From NCBI GenBank assembly GCA_965261595.1, contig CBDHDG010000005.1, forward strand, positions 1,024,001 to 1,088,000: 64,000 bases of DNA. The letters are read 5' to 3'. Position 1 is the first letter of the stretch. Each line of letters begins with the position of its first letter. Shown here in pieces: positions 51,683 to 62,892 of the stretch. This DNA is from a bacterium. Lineage in GTDB: Bacteria; UBA8248; JACPRG01; G963555815. A program made the translations under genes and the position numbers. The notes below the pieces were generated by a model. It was not told the DNA's origin. It made no database searches and worked only from the letters and a program-made list of their open reading frames with translations.

Positions 51683-54214
51683 GTGGACTCCATCTTCGAT
51701 TGGCCAGGCAAGTCAGACAACCAAGGCAATGAGCGCCCAGCGGTCCTGCACATGCTGGATGTGACGGCGTGCGCCGAACGCCTGATCGACGGGCACACGG
51801 CGTTCGGTGGACTCTCCGGGGCTCAGCGCCGTGCGCTGGTGGTCCTGGTCGCACTCCACGATGTTGGGAAGCTGTCCGAAAGTTTCCGGGCCCTTATCCG
51901 CGTCGGCGAGAGGGGAGCACCGCCGCATTGGCAGCTCTCCGACTTTCTGCTGTGTGGGACCTTGGGCGTCGTGCTGGGCAGACTCGGTGCTGATGAATGG
52001 GTGCGCACACAATTGTACGCTGCCGTGGCCGGGCATCACGGACAGCCGCCGACACGGGCAAGTGGTAATCGAACTGAGAGACGCAAGCGGCAGCGTGCCG
52101 TCGGTAGCGGCAAAGAGGCGGCGCTAGAGTGGGCACTCCGACTGATGGAGGTGTTCCCGGACGCGTCGCTGGAAGGCATGACGTTCGACGACGCCAAGGC
52201 GCTCAGCTGGGCGTTGAGCGGCCTCACTGTTGCCGCGGACTGGGTGGGCTCGAATACCGACTGGTTCCCGGTTGAGCCGGGCCTTCACGATATTGAGGCA
52301 GCGCTTGCAGAATCGCGACGCCGCGCCGGTCGAGCGATTGAGGCAGCGGGTCTTGATCCGCCCTGTCCTGCACCGGTCGATGGCGACGCGCTCATCGGAG
52401 TGACCGAATTGCGACCGATGCAGCAGGCGGCATTAACGATTGGGCTGGAGGAAGGACCTCAACTGGCGGTTCTCGAAGACGCGACCGGCACCGGAAAGAC
52501 CGAGGCAGCTCTCATCCTGGCTCATCGCATGATGGCGGTGGGCAAGGCGCGAGGGTTGTTTTTTGCGCTCCCCACGATGGCGACCTCCGACGCCATGTTC
52601 GAGCGCATGAAAAAGATCGCGCCGGAGTTGTTCAAGACTTGGCCGTCGGTGGTGCTGACGCACAGTCGGGCGAAGCTAAGCGAAACTGTGCGGGGTTTGC
52701 GCGGAGCAAAGGCCGATGAAACCCCGGAGGCCGATGGCGCCGCTTGGCTTACGGACAACCGCCGACGATCGTTGCTGGCGACAGTAGGGGTTGGGACGGT
52801 GGATCAGGGGCTGCTCGGCATCCTCCCCACCCGGTTCTCGACGCTCAGGCTGTTCGGCTTGGCGGACAAGGTGCTAATCGTCGACGAGGCCCACAGTTAC
52901 GACCCCTATATGCAAGAGCAGTTGGAGACGTTGCTGAGAATGCAGGCCCAACTCGGCGGTTCGGCTATCCTGATGACTGCGACCCTGCCGTTGGAGATGC
53001 GCCGGGCGTACGTCGAAGCGTTCCGGGAGGGGATCGCGGCGGGAGCGGCAGACCTCTCGGCTATGTACTATCCCGGACTGCATCTTGTCGGTCGCGGGTT
53101 GTGCAGCCAAGTTGTTGAGCCCCTGGCCGAGAGTGTTCGGACTGTCTCGGTCGTTCGGCTTCCGAGAGCGGATGATGCAATGGACCTGCTGAAGGAGGCG
53201 GCGGGAAGGGGTGCGGCGTGCGTATGGGTGCGGAACGCCGTCGATGACGCCATCGAGACGGCCGAGGCATTGAGGCGGCGGGGAGTGAATGTGGACCTGC
53301 TCCATGCCCGTTTCGCCATGGTCGACCGACTACGCCATGAACAGGCGATGCTGGGCCGGTTCGGAAAGAATGGGTTAGGACGTGAGGGGCGAATTCTGGT
53401 GGCGACGCAAGTGGTTGAGGCGTCGCTCGACCTCGACTTCGACGTTATGGTCTCCGATCTCGCGCCGATCGGCTCGCTGATACAGAGAGCGGGCAGGCTT
53501 TGGCGACATATGGATGTGCGTCGTAAGGCCGTTCGTCCGTTCCCCAGCCCCACTTTGCACGTGGTTTCGCCGGACCCGGAGAAGGTGGACGGAGACGGCT
53601 GGCTTCACGACGTGCTCGATCGGGGGGCGTGGGTGTATCGTCTCGACCACCAGTGGCGGACAGCGAAGGCGATATTCGAGGCGGGCGAGATCGTCGCGCC
53701 GGACGGACTTCGCGCCTTGATCGAGGCTGTACACGGCGAGGGGGAGTTACAGGTCCCCAAGTTACTCGAGGAGGCGCAACAAACGGCCGATGGCCAGGCA
53801 ATGGCCGAGGCGGGATTGGCGCACGTCAACGTGGTGGAAGGAGCGGCAGGCTATCTCACCGGAACCCGCGGATCGGTCGGCAATGACGCGCTGTTCCCGA
53901 CGCGCCTCGGGGAGCCGCAAGTGGCGATGGTGCTGGCGCGACGCGACGGCGACCGCTTGCTTCCATGGGCAGAAGATGATGATCCGGCAGTGGCTTGGGC
54001 CTTGTCGGAGGTATCCGCCGCCCGTAAGCGATTCGAGCGCCTATTGCCGGATCAGGAAGCGCCGGAAATCCGTGACGTCAAGAAAAATTGGCCCGAATGG
54101 CGGCGTGAGGCCTACCATGTCTCCCCAGTAGACAAAGCTGGAGCGATTGGCGAAGGGATGCTATATGATTCCGAGCGAGGCCTCCATCTGCGCGCATTCC
54201 GTGACCCGTCTTGA
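51683..54214 (+). CDS. cas3: CRISPR-associated HD nuclease-helicase Cas3
   Basis: HMLDV, LHDVGK, AGHHG, AADW; TGTGKTE, LPTMAT, DEAH, MTAT, LHARF, ATQVVEASLDLD, QRAGRLWRH. Confidence 0.96.
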   Translation: MDSIFDWPGKSDNQGNERPAVLHMLDVTACAERLIDGHTAFGGLSGAQRRALVVLVALHDVGKLSESFRALIRVGERGAPPHWQLSDFLLCGTLGVVLGRLGADEWVRTQLYAAVAGHHGQPPTRASGNRTERRKRQRAVGSGKEAALEWALRLMEVFPDASLEGMTFDDAKALSWALSGLTVAADWVGSNTDWFPVEPGLHDIEAALAESRRRAGRAIEAAGLDPPCPAPVDGDALIGVTELRPMQQAALTIGLEEGPQLAVLEDATGTGKTEAALILAHRMMAVGKARGLFFALPTMATSDAMFERMKKIAPELFKTWPSVVLTHSRAKLSETVRGLRGAKADETPEADGAAWLTDNRRRSLLATVGVGTVDQGLLGILPTRFSTLRLFGLADKVLIVDEAHSYDPYMQEQLETLLRMQAQLGGSAILMTATLPLEMRRAYVEAFREGIAAGAADLSAMYYPGLHLVGRGLCSQVVEPLAESVRTVSVVRLPRADDAMDLLKEAAGRGAACVWVRNAVDDAIETAEALRRRGVNVDLLHARFAMVDRLRHEQAMLGRFGKNGLGREGRILVATQVVEASLDLDFDVMVSDLAPIGSLIQRAGRLWRHMDVRRKAVRPFPSPTLHVVSPDPEKVDGDGWLHDVLDRGAWVYRLDHQWRTAKAIFEAGEIVAPDGLRALIEAVHGEGELQVPKLLEEAQQTADGQAMAEAGLAHVNVVEGAAGYLTGTRGSVGNDALFPTRLGEPQVAMVLARRDGDRLLPWAEDDDPAVAWALSEVSAARKRFERLLPDQEAPEIRDVKKNWPEWRREAYHVSPVDKAGAIGEGMLYDSERGLHLRAFRDPS

Positions 54215-54298
54215 CGAAGCTGTTCCGCTTTTTCGCGACTTGGGACGTTGAGAATGAACATTTAGCACCCTTGTGGCTGTTGTGCCCGGAGCCCCCGG

Positions 54299-55798
54299 AT
54301 GTCGTTGAACCTCATTACGGATCCATGGATTCCAGCCCTGCGGGGCAGGGAGCGCGTCACCATCCGCCCCGATCAGATTGCCGAGCCCGGCGTCACTACT
54401 CTTGTCTGGCAGCGGGCGGATTTCAACCTCGCCTGCCTCGAGCTCCTGATCGGGTTGGTCTCGATGGCCGATCCGCCGAAGGACGAGGCCGAGTGGTTCT
54501 CACGCCTCGACCAACCCGACGCCAAGCGACTCCGCGAGGCGCTGGCGCCGTTTGCGCCCTGCTTTGCGCTCGCGGGGGACGGGCCGCGCTTTCTTCAGGA
54601 TCTGGAGGCCTTCGAGCAGGCGGCCAAACCTTCTTTAGTGGACATGCTGTTCATCGATTCCGCCGGCGGCTCGACCGCGTTGAAGAACGCCGATCTGATG
54701 GTCAAGCGTGACCGGTTTGACTCTCTCTCGCCCGCAGAGGCTGCAATGGCGCTCTACACGCTTCAGGCGTTCGCTCCACCCGGCGGAGCGGGCAACCGGA
54801 CTTCCATGCGCGGCGGCGGGCCGATGACGACGCTTGTCCAGCCCCTGGACGAGGAAGGCGGGCGCTTCACGTTGTGGCGGCTGGTCTTCGCTAACGTCCT
54901 TCCCGGAGTGCCGCTCGCGGTGGAGGATGTGAAAGCCGCGCTGCCCTGGCTACGTCCGACGCGGACTTCGGAGAAAGGCCAGATCGTGACTCAGGAAGAC
55001 GCGCACCCGCTGGAGGTGTTCTTCGGCATGCCCCGGCGGTTGAGGTTCGTATTCAGCAAGGAGGACCGGGTCGTGGACGTGGTCCAAAGGCCCTACGGGA
55101 CGAACTACGCGGCGTGGGAGCACCCCCTGACGCCATACTATCGCCAGAAGGAAGACGCCGCTGAATGGCTGCCGGCCCACCCCAAGGCCGGACGTCTCAG
55201 CTACCGAAACTGGTTGGGGGTTACAATGGAACCCGGCCAGGAAGGAAAAGGGACTCGACGCACCGCTAGAACCGTCCGCGAGTGCCGCAACCGTTCCCGA
55301 ACACCGGACTTCGAGCTCATGGTCGGCGGTTGGACGATGGACAACATGAAACCCGTCAGTTTTTCGCTCGACAAGTACCCCGCTTTTCCGGGTCTGGGCC
55401 AGGACGGCGAGGACCGGATTCGCCGATTCGTGGAGGCCGCGAATGCCGCTTCACGTGCCCTTCTCAAGCAGCTCAAGGCCGCCTGTCGGCTTGCGGGCAC
55501 GTCCTCCGATATGGTGGCCGATTCCTTCTTCGCCGAGACCGAGGAGGAATTCATGAGAACGGTTCGACGAATCATCGATGGCACGGGGCCTGAAGTCGAG
55601 GAAGCGTGGCATCGAACCCTCAAAGATCGGACACTTTGTATGTTCGACGACCACGTCCTCGGCGGCCTCACCGACCGTGACATCGCGGGGATCGAAAGTC
55701 GGGTCATCGCCCGGCGCAAGTTGCTCGCTACGCTGGTGACGCAGGTTCGCAAGGAGATGGACCTGCCCCTACCCGACAAGAAGGAGAAACAGGCATGA
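54299..55798 (+). CDS. casA: Type I-E Cascade large subunit Cse1/Cas8e
   Basis: NLITDPWIP, RFLQD, FFGMPRRLR, WEHPLTPY; position after cas3. Confidence 0.93.
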   Translation: MSLNLITDPWIPALRGRERVTIRPDQIAEPGVTTLVWQRADFNLACLELLIGLVSMADPPKDEAEWFSRLDQPDAKRLREALAPFAPCFALAGDGPRFLQDLEAFEQAAKPSLVDMLFIDSAGGSTALKNADLMVKRDRFDSLSPAEAAMALYTLQAFAPPGGAGNRTSMRGGGPMTTLVQPLDEEGGRFTLWRLVFANVLPGVPLAVEDVKAALPWLRPTRTSEKGQIVTQEDAHPLEVFFGMPRRLRFVFSKEDRVVDVVQRPYGTNYAAWEHPLTPYYRQKEDAAEWLPAHPKAGRLSYRNWLGVTMEPGQEGKGTRRTARTVRECRNRSRTPDFELMVGGWTMDNMKPVSFSLDKYPAFPGLGQDGEDRIRRFVEAANAASRALLKQLKAACRLAGTSSDMVADSFFAETEEEFMRTVRRIIDGTGPEVEEAWHRTLKDRTLCMFDDHVLGGLTDRDIAGIESRVIARRKLLATLVTQVRKEMDLPLPDKKEKQA

Positions 55799-56307
55799 CT
55801 GTCGGTGGTGTGGTCATCGAATGGTGGCGGTTTTCGCTGGGCCAAGATGACGGTGGGGCGCGGGCCGCACGCGCCCGTCTGAGGCGTTGTGATTCGCCTA
55901 CCGAGGCGCTTGCGGTTTCCGAGACGCACGACCTCAACAGGCGGCTGAAGGGGATCGGGAAAACCCCGACGCCCGATCAGCTTGCACTCCTCACCACGAC
56001 TTTTGCCGGGCTCAAGGGCATTGACGGCGATAAGCTCGCGGCCCTGTTCGGGAAAAAGAAAAACAGGGATGGTCCGCCTACGCTTAGCGAGCTGCGGTTC
56101 CAATCGTTGATTCGCCTTCGCTCGCGCCGCGATTTGATGGTGCCGCTTCGTCGTTCCATCGCGGTCCTTGGAGCCAACCCCGCCTGCGACGGACGAGCGT
56201 TGGCCGAAGATCTCTACTTCTGGAACGACGGGGTCCACAATCGGTGGTGTTTTCAATACTTCGGCGCCGAGTTCGCCGTAACCAACCAAGAGGAGAGTGT
56301 GCAATAA
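55795..56307 (+). CDS. casB: Type I-E small subunit Cse2/Cas11
   Basis: RARLRRC, LSELRFQSL, LAEDLYFW; operon position. Confidence 0.9.
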   Translation: MTVGGVVIEWWRFSLGQDDGGARAARARLRRCDSPTEALAVSETHDLNRRLKGIGKTPTPDQLALLTTTFAGLKGIDGDKLAALFGKKKNRDGPPTLSELRFQSLIRLRSRRDLMVPLRRSIAVLGANPACDGRALAEDLYFWNDGVHNRWCFQYFGAEFAVTNQEESVQ

Positions 56308-57383
56308 TGCGCTTCGTGCAACTTCACTTCCTGACCGTCTATCCGCCCTCAAACCCCAACCGAGACGACATGGGCCGCCCGAAGACGGCGGTCTACGGGG
56401 GCGTTCATCGGCTTCGGCTGTCGTCGCAGTCATTGAAACGAGCGGCCCGCCTGTCGGCTGCCCTGTCCGACGCCTTGAAGGGCAACATGGGCGAGCGCAC
56501 CCAACGTCTTGGCGACGAGGTGATGAAGCATCTGCGCGAACGGGGCGCGGACGACGGGGAGGCTCGCGAAATCGCCAAACAGGTGGCCGAGGTCTTCGGC
56601 AAGTTCGACACCGAGGCGGAAAAGAAAAACCCGGACCATATCCGTATCAGACAGTTGGCGTTCATTTCGCCCGATGAACGACAGGCAGCGATGGAGATGG
56701 CGGAGCGGGCCCTGGCCGGCGAATCCCTCGACAAGGAAACCGGGAATCGCGGCAAGAAAATCCTGCGCACCGCCGACGGTGCGGTCGACCTCGCCATGTT
56801 CGGGCGCATGCTGGCCGATGCGCCGGATTTCAATCGCGAGGCGGCGGTGCAGGTTTCGCACGCCATCACTACTCATCGGGCCGAGGTCGAGGACGACTTC
56901 TATACGGCCGCCGACGACCTGAAGAAACCGGCCGAAGACGTGGGCGCGGGGTTCGTCGGCGAGGCCGGGTTCGGGTCCGGCGTATATTACCTCTATGTCT
57001 GCATCGATACCGCCCGGATGGTGGAGAACCTCGCAGGCGATCGCGCGTTGGCGAGAAAAGCGCTGGAGGTGGTTAGCGAAGCGTTCGCCACCGCCAGTCC
57101 GTCCGGCAAGCGCAACAGCTATAGTCACCACACCCGCGCCTCGTACATTCGCGCGGAGGCCGGAGACCAGCAACCACGAAGTCTCGCGGCGGCGTTCCTA
57201 AACCCTGTCAGTGCGGAAGACCTTCTCGGCGAATCCATCAACCGGCTCCGGAAGACGGCGGGCGCCATTGACAAGGCCTACGGCGCTTCGGTCGACGAGT
57301 CGGCGGAGATGGATCTGGTCAGCGGTTCCGGCACCCTGGCCGAGATCAAGGCTTTCTTGGCCAGGCAGGTGCGCGATGCGTGA
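56307..57383 (+). CDS. cas7: Type I-E Cas7 (Cse4/CasC)
   Basis: PSNPNRDDMGRPKTA.YGG..R.RLSSQSLKRA, DLAMFGRM, QVSHAITTH, DFYTAADD. Confidence 0.95.
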   Translation: MRFVQLHFLTVYPPSNPNRDDMGRPKTAVYGGVHRLRLSSQSLKRAARLSAALSDALKGNMGERTQRLGDEVMKHLRERGADDGEAREIAKQVAEVFGKFDTEAEKKNPDHIRIRQLAFISPDERQAAMEMAERALAGESLDKETGNRGKKILRTADGAVDLAMFGRMLADAPDFNREAAVQVSHAITTHRAEVEDDFYTAADDLKKPAEDVGAGFVGEAGFGSGVYYLYVCIDTARMVENLAGDRALARKALEVVSEAFATASPSGKRNSYSHHTRASYIRAEAGDQQPRSLAAAFLNPVSAEDLLGESINRLRKTAGAIDKAYGASVDESAEMDLVSGSGTLAEIKAFLARQVRDA

Positions 57384-58110
57384 GCATCTGGTGTTCCTCC
57401 TATCCGCGCCCATGGCTTCGTTCGGTGGCTATGCGGGTCACGAACGTCGGGGGAGCGGGCTGGTCCCCATGCGTTCGGCGGTGCTGGGACTGGTGGGCGC
57501 AGCACTGGGTATCGACCGGGTGGACACCGAGGGTCAGGCGGCCCTTCGCGCGTATTCGGTGGCCGTCCAGCCGTTTCAACAATCGGTGCCGCTTCGCGAT
57601 TATCACACGGTGCAAACGGTTCCGACGGCCAGGGCCAAACGGCCCCCGACCCGAAAACATGCGCTGGCGCGCGTCGGACGCAACATCAACACGATTATTA
57701 CCATTCGCGATTACCGATGCGACGTGCTGATCGGCGTTGCGCTGTGGGGCGATGGCCGATGGACGCTCGACCTTCTTGGAGAGCGCCTGCGGCGTCCGGT
57801 GTTTCCCCTCTATCTCGGTCGCAAGTCATGCCCGCTGGCAAGTCCCCTCAACCCTGGCGTGGTGATGGCGACTGGGCCGGTCGAGGCGCTGGCTCGCATC
57901 GAAATTCCCGAATGGCTGCGCCCCGCAAGGTGGTCCGAACAAGAGCGTCGGCGATACCTCGTCCATTCCGATCCGGTGGACGGTTTTGACCGCCCGCCAT
58001 CGACTGAACAGATGCCGAGTGAGCCGCTCGATCGCCAGGCTTGGACCTTCGGCGAATGGACCGTCTGGCATCTGGGAGACCACCGGAGCGAACATGGAGG
58101 CCAGGCATGA
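57376..58110 (+). CDS. cas5: Type I-E Cas5 (CasD)
   Basis: APMASFG, SAVLGLVGAALG, DYHTV, RDY, LYLGRKSCP. Confidence 0.95.
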   Translation: MREHLVFLLSAPMASFGGYAGHERRGSGLVPMRSAVLGLVGAALGIDRVDTEGQAALRAYSVAVQPFQQSVPLRDYHTVQTVPTARAKRPPTRKHALARVGRNINTIITIRDYRCDVLIGVALWGDGRWTLDLLGERLRRPVFPLYLGRKSCPLASPLNPGVVMATGPVEALARIEIPEWLRPARWSEQERRRYLVHSDPVDGFDRPPSTEQMPSEPLDRQAWTFGEWTVWHLGDHRSEHGGQA

Positions 58111-58832
58111 CGCATTACCTGACACGCGCCGTGCTCAATCGAAAAGCGCCGGAACACGCGCTCAGGCCTTTGCTCGACCCACTGGACGCGGACGCGGCGT
58201 TCGATGCCCATCACCGGTTGATGTGGACGTTGTTCCCGGATCCCGATGCGAAGCGCGACTTCCTGTGGCGCGCTGACGACAATGGCAAGTTCTTGATCCT
58301 TTCTGCCCGTGAACCGCAGGGCTCGCGCCTGTTCGGGCCGCTTGAGTCCAAGCCCTTCGAGCCGATGTTGGTGGCGGGAGACCGGCTCGTGTTCATCTTG
58401 CGAGCCAACGTCACCAAGGACCGACGGTCCGGCCCGCAAGACGACGTCCCCCCAGGCACCAAGCGCAGGCCACGCAAGGATCGCCGTGTCGATATAGTGA
58501 TGCATGCGATGCGGGAGCAGGGAATCAAGGGCGGGACCACCGGCGCCGATTCCCGCGCCGCCCGGCGCATGGATGTGGCCAGGGAGGCAGCGCTGACGTG
58601 GCTCGCCGCTCAAGGCGAGCGCCGGGGTTTTTCGGTCGATGCGTTGGCGGTCGAGGACTACCGAGTCTGTAAATTGAAGCGCCGGGGTGGCAAGGAGGCA
58701 ACCTTCGGCGTGATTGATCTCAGGGGCCTGTTGTCCGTTCGAGACCCGAAGGCCTTCACTAGTGCGTTATTCACGGGTTTTGGCCGCTCCAAGGCCTACG
58801 GTTGCGGCCTGATGCTAGTGCGCCGAACCTGA
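58107..58832 (+). CDS. cas6e: Type I-E Cas6e (Cse3/CasE)
   Basis: YLTR, HHRLMWTLF, FLWR, LRAN, Gly loop GFGRSKAYGCGLM. Confidence 0.95.
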   Translation: MTHYLTRAVLNRKAPEHALRPLLDPLDADAAFDAHHRLMWTLFPDPDAKRDFLWRADDNGKFLILSAREPQGSRLFGPLESKPFEPMLVAGDRLVFILRANVTKDRRSGPQDDVPPGTKRRPRKDRRVDIVMHAMREQGIKGGTTGADSRAARRMDVAREAALTWLAAQGERRGFSVDALAVEDYRVCKLKRRGGKEATFGVIDLRGLLSVRDPKAFTSALFTGFGRSKAYGCGLMLVRRT

Positions 58833-58847
58833 ATCGTGGTCAGATCG

Positions 58848-60069
<1,222 letters not shown>

Positions 60070-60181
60070 GGAGCGAGGAACCGCTAAAAGCCATGACCGA
60101 AGCCTTGAACAAAGCCCGGAAAAAATCGGTAACCCGGGGCGATGCCGAATATGGCTTTTGAATCAATAGGTTCCAGGAAGT
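60070..60181 (+). promoter_or_regulatory. CRISPR leader with IHF-like site
   Basis: A-rich; AAAAATCGGT at 60121 and AATCAAtaggTTC at 60161-60173 (near WATCAA-N4-TTR) just before repeat 1. Confidence 0.75.
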
Positions 60182-62833
60182 ATGTTCCCCGCCCACGCGG
60201 GGATGAACCGGGGGCATGGCTATAAAAATCCACGAGGCAGGTATGTTCCCCGCCCACGCGGGGATGAACCGGAGCCTCGTAGAAGATTGGCTCCTTGGCC
60301 CAGATGTTCCCCGCCCACGCGGGGATGAACCGGTTGAGAATGGCTATAAATATGCAACATCACAATGTTCCCCGCCCACGCGGGGATGAACCGGTTCACT
60401 CTAATTACGAGAGCCTGAATGACCGATGTTCCCCGCCCACGCGGGGATGAACCGTTGGCTGAGAGATTTATTTCTGAACCGGATAAATGTTCCCCGCCCA
60501 CGCGGGGATGAACCGGGCGCCCATACCAGCCATTGGGATGTGAAGGCATGTTCCCCGCCCACGCGGGGATGAACCGTAGGGGGGAAACGAAATGTTTGCC
60601 GCTCGACTATGTTCCCCGCCCACGCGGGGATGAACCGGGGATCGAACTCAAGAAGAGCGATGGCAGCCTATGTTCCCCGCCCACGCGGGGATGAACCGAT
60701 CGAATCTCTACTGAAGCTGGCGGTTCTGATATGTTCCCCGCCCACGCGGGGATGAACCGTGAGATAGCACACTTGATCCCATCCACCATGTATGTTCCCC
60801 GCCCACGCGGGGATGAACCGTTTTGCGCAAACGAATCTGGCGAAGCTGAATAATGTTCCCCGCCCACGCGGGGATGAACCGGATGTCAATAAGACTGAAG
60901 CTGTTTGTCGAAAATGTTCCCCGCCCACGCGGGGATGAACCGGTTCAACACTGCGATTCTTTCGGACGTGATATATGTTCCCCGCCCACGCGGGGATGAA
61001 CCGACGGGATGGCCGACGCCAGTTCAGACAGACAGATGTTCCCCGCCCACGCGGGGATGAACCGGAGACATGGGCTAAGATTTCTGAGCCGCTAGGATGT
61101 TCCCCGCCCACGCGGGGATGAACCGTTGCTTGAGGTCCACACGGGGGAGAAGATCTCATGTTCCCCGCCCACGCGGGGATGAACCGGGTCTTTGAGGTAG
61201 ACAAAACTGGAGGGGGAGATGTTCCCCGCCCACGCGGGGATGAACCGACAGCGGCATACAGGAAGCTCAGGCCGCTGGTATGTTCCCCGCCCACGCGGGG
61301 ATGAACCGTATGAGGATGTTATGAGCTTGGCCGATGATCTATGTTCCCCGCCCACGCGGGGATGAACCGGTGTTCGGGCTGCTCTGTACGGATCATCCGT
61401 GATGTTCCCCGCCCACGCGGGGATGAACCGGATAACTGAATGAGCCGCTGAGCCGAGATTCAATGTTCCCCGCCCACGCGGGGATGAACCGCAGGCCGTC
61501 AACGTCTTGACCCTGGCGGAAGCATGTTCCCCGCCCACGCGGGGATGAACCGATTGAGTCGTACTCCGAGGGATATCGGCATGGATGTTCCCCGCCCACG
61601 CGGGGATGAACCGGAGTGTCAGGGTCAGGGACTTCCCAAAGCTCAATGTTCCCCGCCCACGCGGGGATGAACCGGAGGGTCCGCTCTCCAGGGTTACGGA
61701 AGCAGGATGTTCCCCGCCCACGCGGGGATGAACCGAAAGAAGGGGGAGGCTGAATGAGTGAACACACATGTTCCCCGCCCACGCGGGGATGAACCGGTGG
61801 CCGCGGTAAACGATGACCAGCTGGAGACATGTTCCCCGCCCACGCGGGGATGAACCGAATTACCTGTTACGATTCGGATTGTATCACCAATGTTCCCCGC
61901 CCACGCGGGGATGAACCGGAGAAACCTTGATGGTCAATCCGCCAATTGGAATGTTCCCCGCCCACGCGGGGATGAACCGGTACTATAGCGGGCCGAAGGA
62001 ACACCAGGCGAATGTTCCCCGCCCACGCGGGGATGAACCGGACGCGGTTGAATTGAAGGCGCTTATCCTTCAATGTTCCCCGCCCACGCGGGGATGAACC
62101 GTAGTACGTCGTCCCATCCGCAAGCCCGGTTATATGTTCCCCGCCCACGCGGGGATGAACCGACGGCGGGCGAGTGGGCCGCCAAGGACGTATCATGTTC
62201 CCCGCCCACGCGGGGATGAACCGGCGAGAATAGATGCCATTCCAAAGTCAGAAGAATGTTCCCCGCCCACGCGGGGATGAACCGGAAGTCGCCGATCTAA
62301 TCGTTGAGGCTATTTCATGTTCCCCGCCCACGCGGGGATGAACCGAATGAGCCGTCCTGACGAGGTATGCTGCTCTGATGTTCCCCGCCCACGCGGGGAT
62401 GAACCGCCTGTAAAAGCCCCGCTGCATCCGAGAGGCTGATGTTCCCCGCCCACGCGGGGATGAACCGGAGAAAGAGGGCGAAATTGCCAGGGTCCGGGAA
62501 TGTTCCCCGCCCACGCGGGGATGAACCGGAAAACCAGATTGAGCTGTCTCTCATGCGCGAATGTTCCCCGCCCACGCGGGGATGAACCGATCGTCAATGA
62601 ATCGAATGAACAATGGCTCATGTGTTCCCCGCCCACGCGGGGATGAACCGGTTTTACTTCATGCGCCGCCGTCTCGGGCATGATGTTCCCCGCCCACGCG
62701 GGGATGAACCGGCAGAATTGGCAAGCGTCGCCATGGTCCGGGTATGTTCCCCGCCCACGCGGGAATGAACCGGTAGAGGCTCGCGCTCGCGCTGCACGGC
62801 TACGATGTTCCCCGCCCACGCGGGGATGAACCG
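60182..62833 (+). CRISPR. Type I-E CRISPR array, 44 repeats and 43 spacers
   Basis: 29-bp repeat ATGTTCCCCGCCCACGCGGGGATGAACCG with a 61-bp period; single-base variants at the distal repeats 62622 and 62744. Confidence 0.99.
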
Positions 62834-62892
62834 GTTCGTAATAGAAGACGCCCTGGGAGGCCGCGGCCACGGCGCCTATCGAGGCGACCATG

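Noticed and set aside
60211..62804. Self-targeting spacers within this window
   Set aside because: None spotted by eye; a computational alignment is needed to exclude them.
60220..62891. ORFs with VHPRVGGEH / GSSPRGRGT repeats
   Set aside because: Translation artefacts of the CRISPR repeats.
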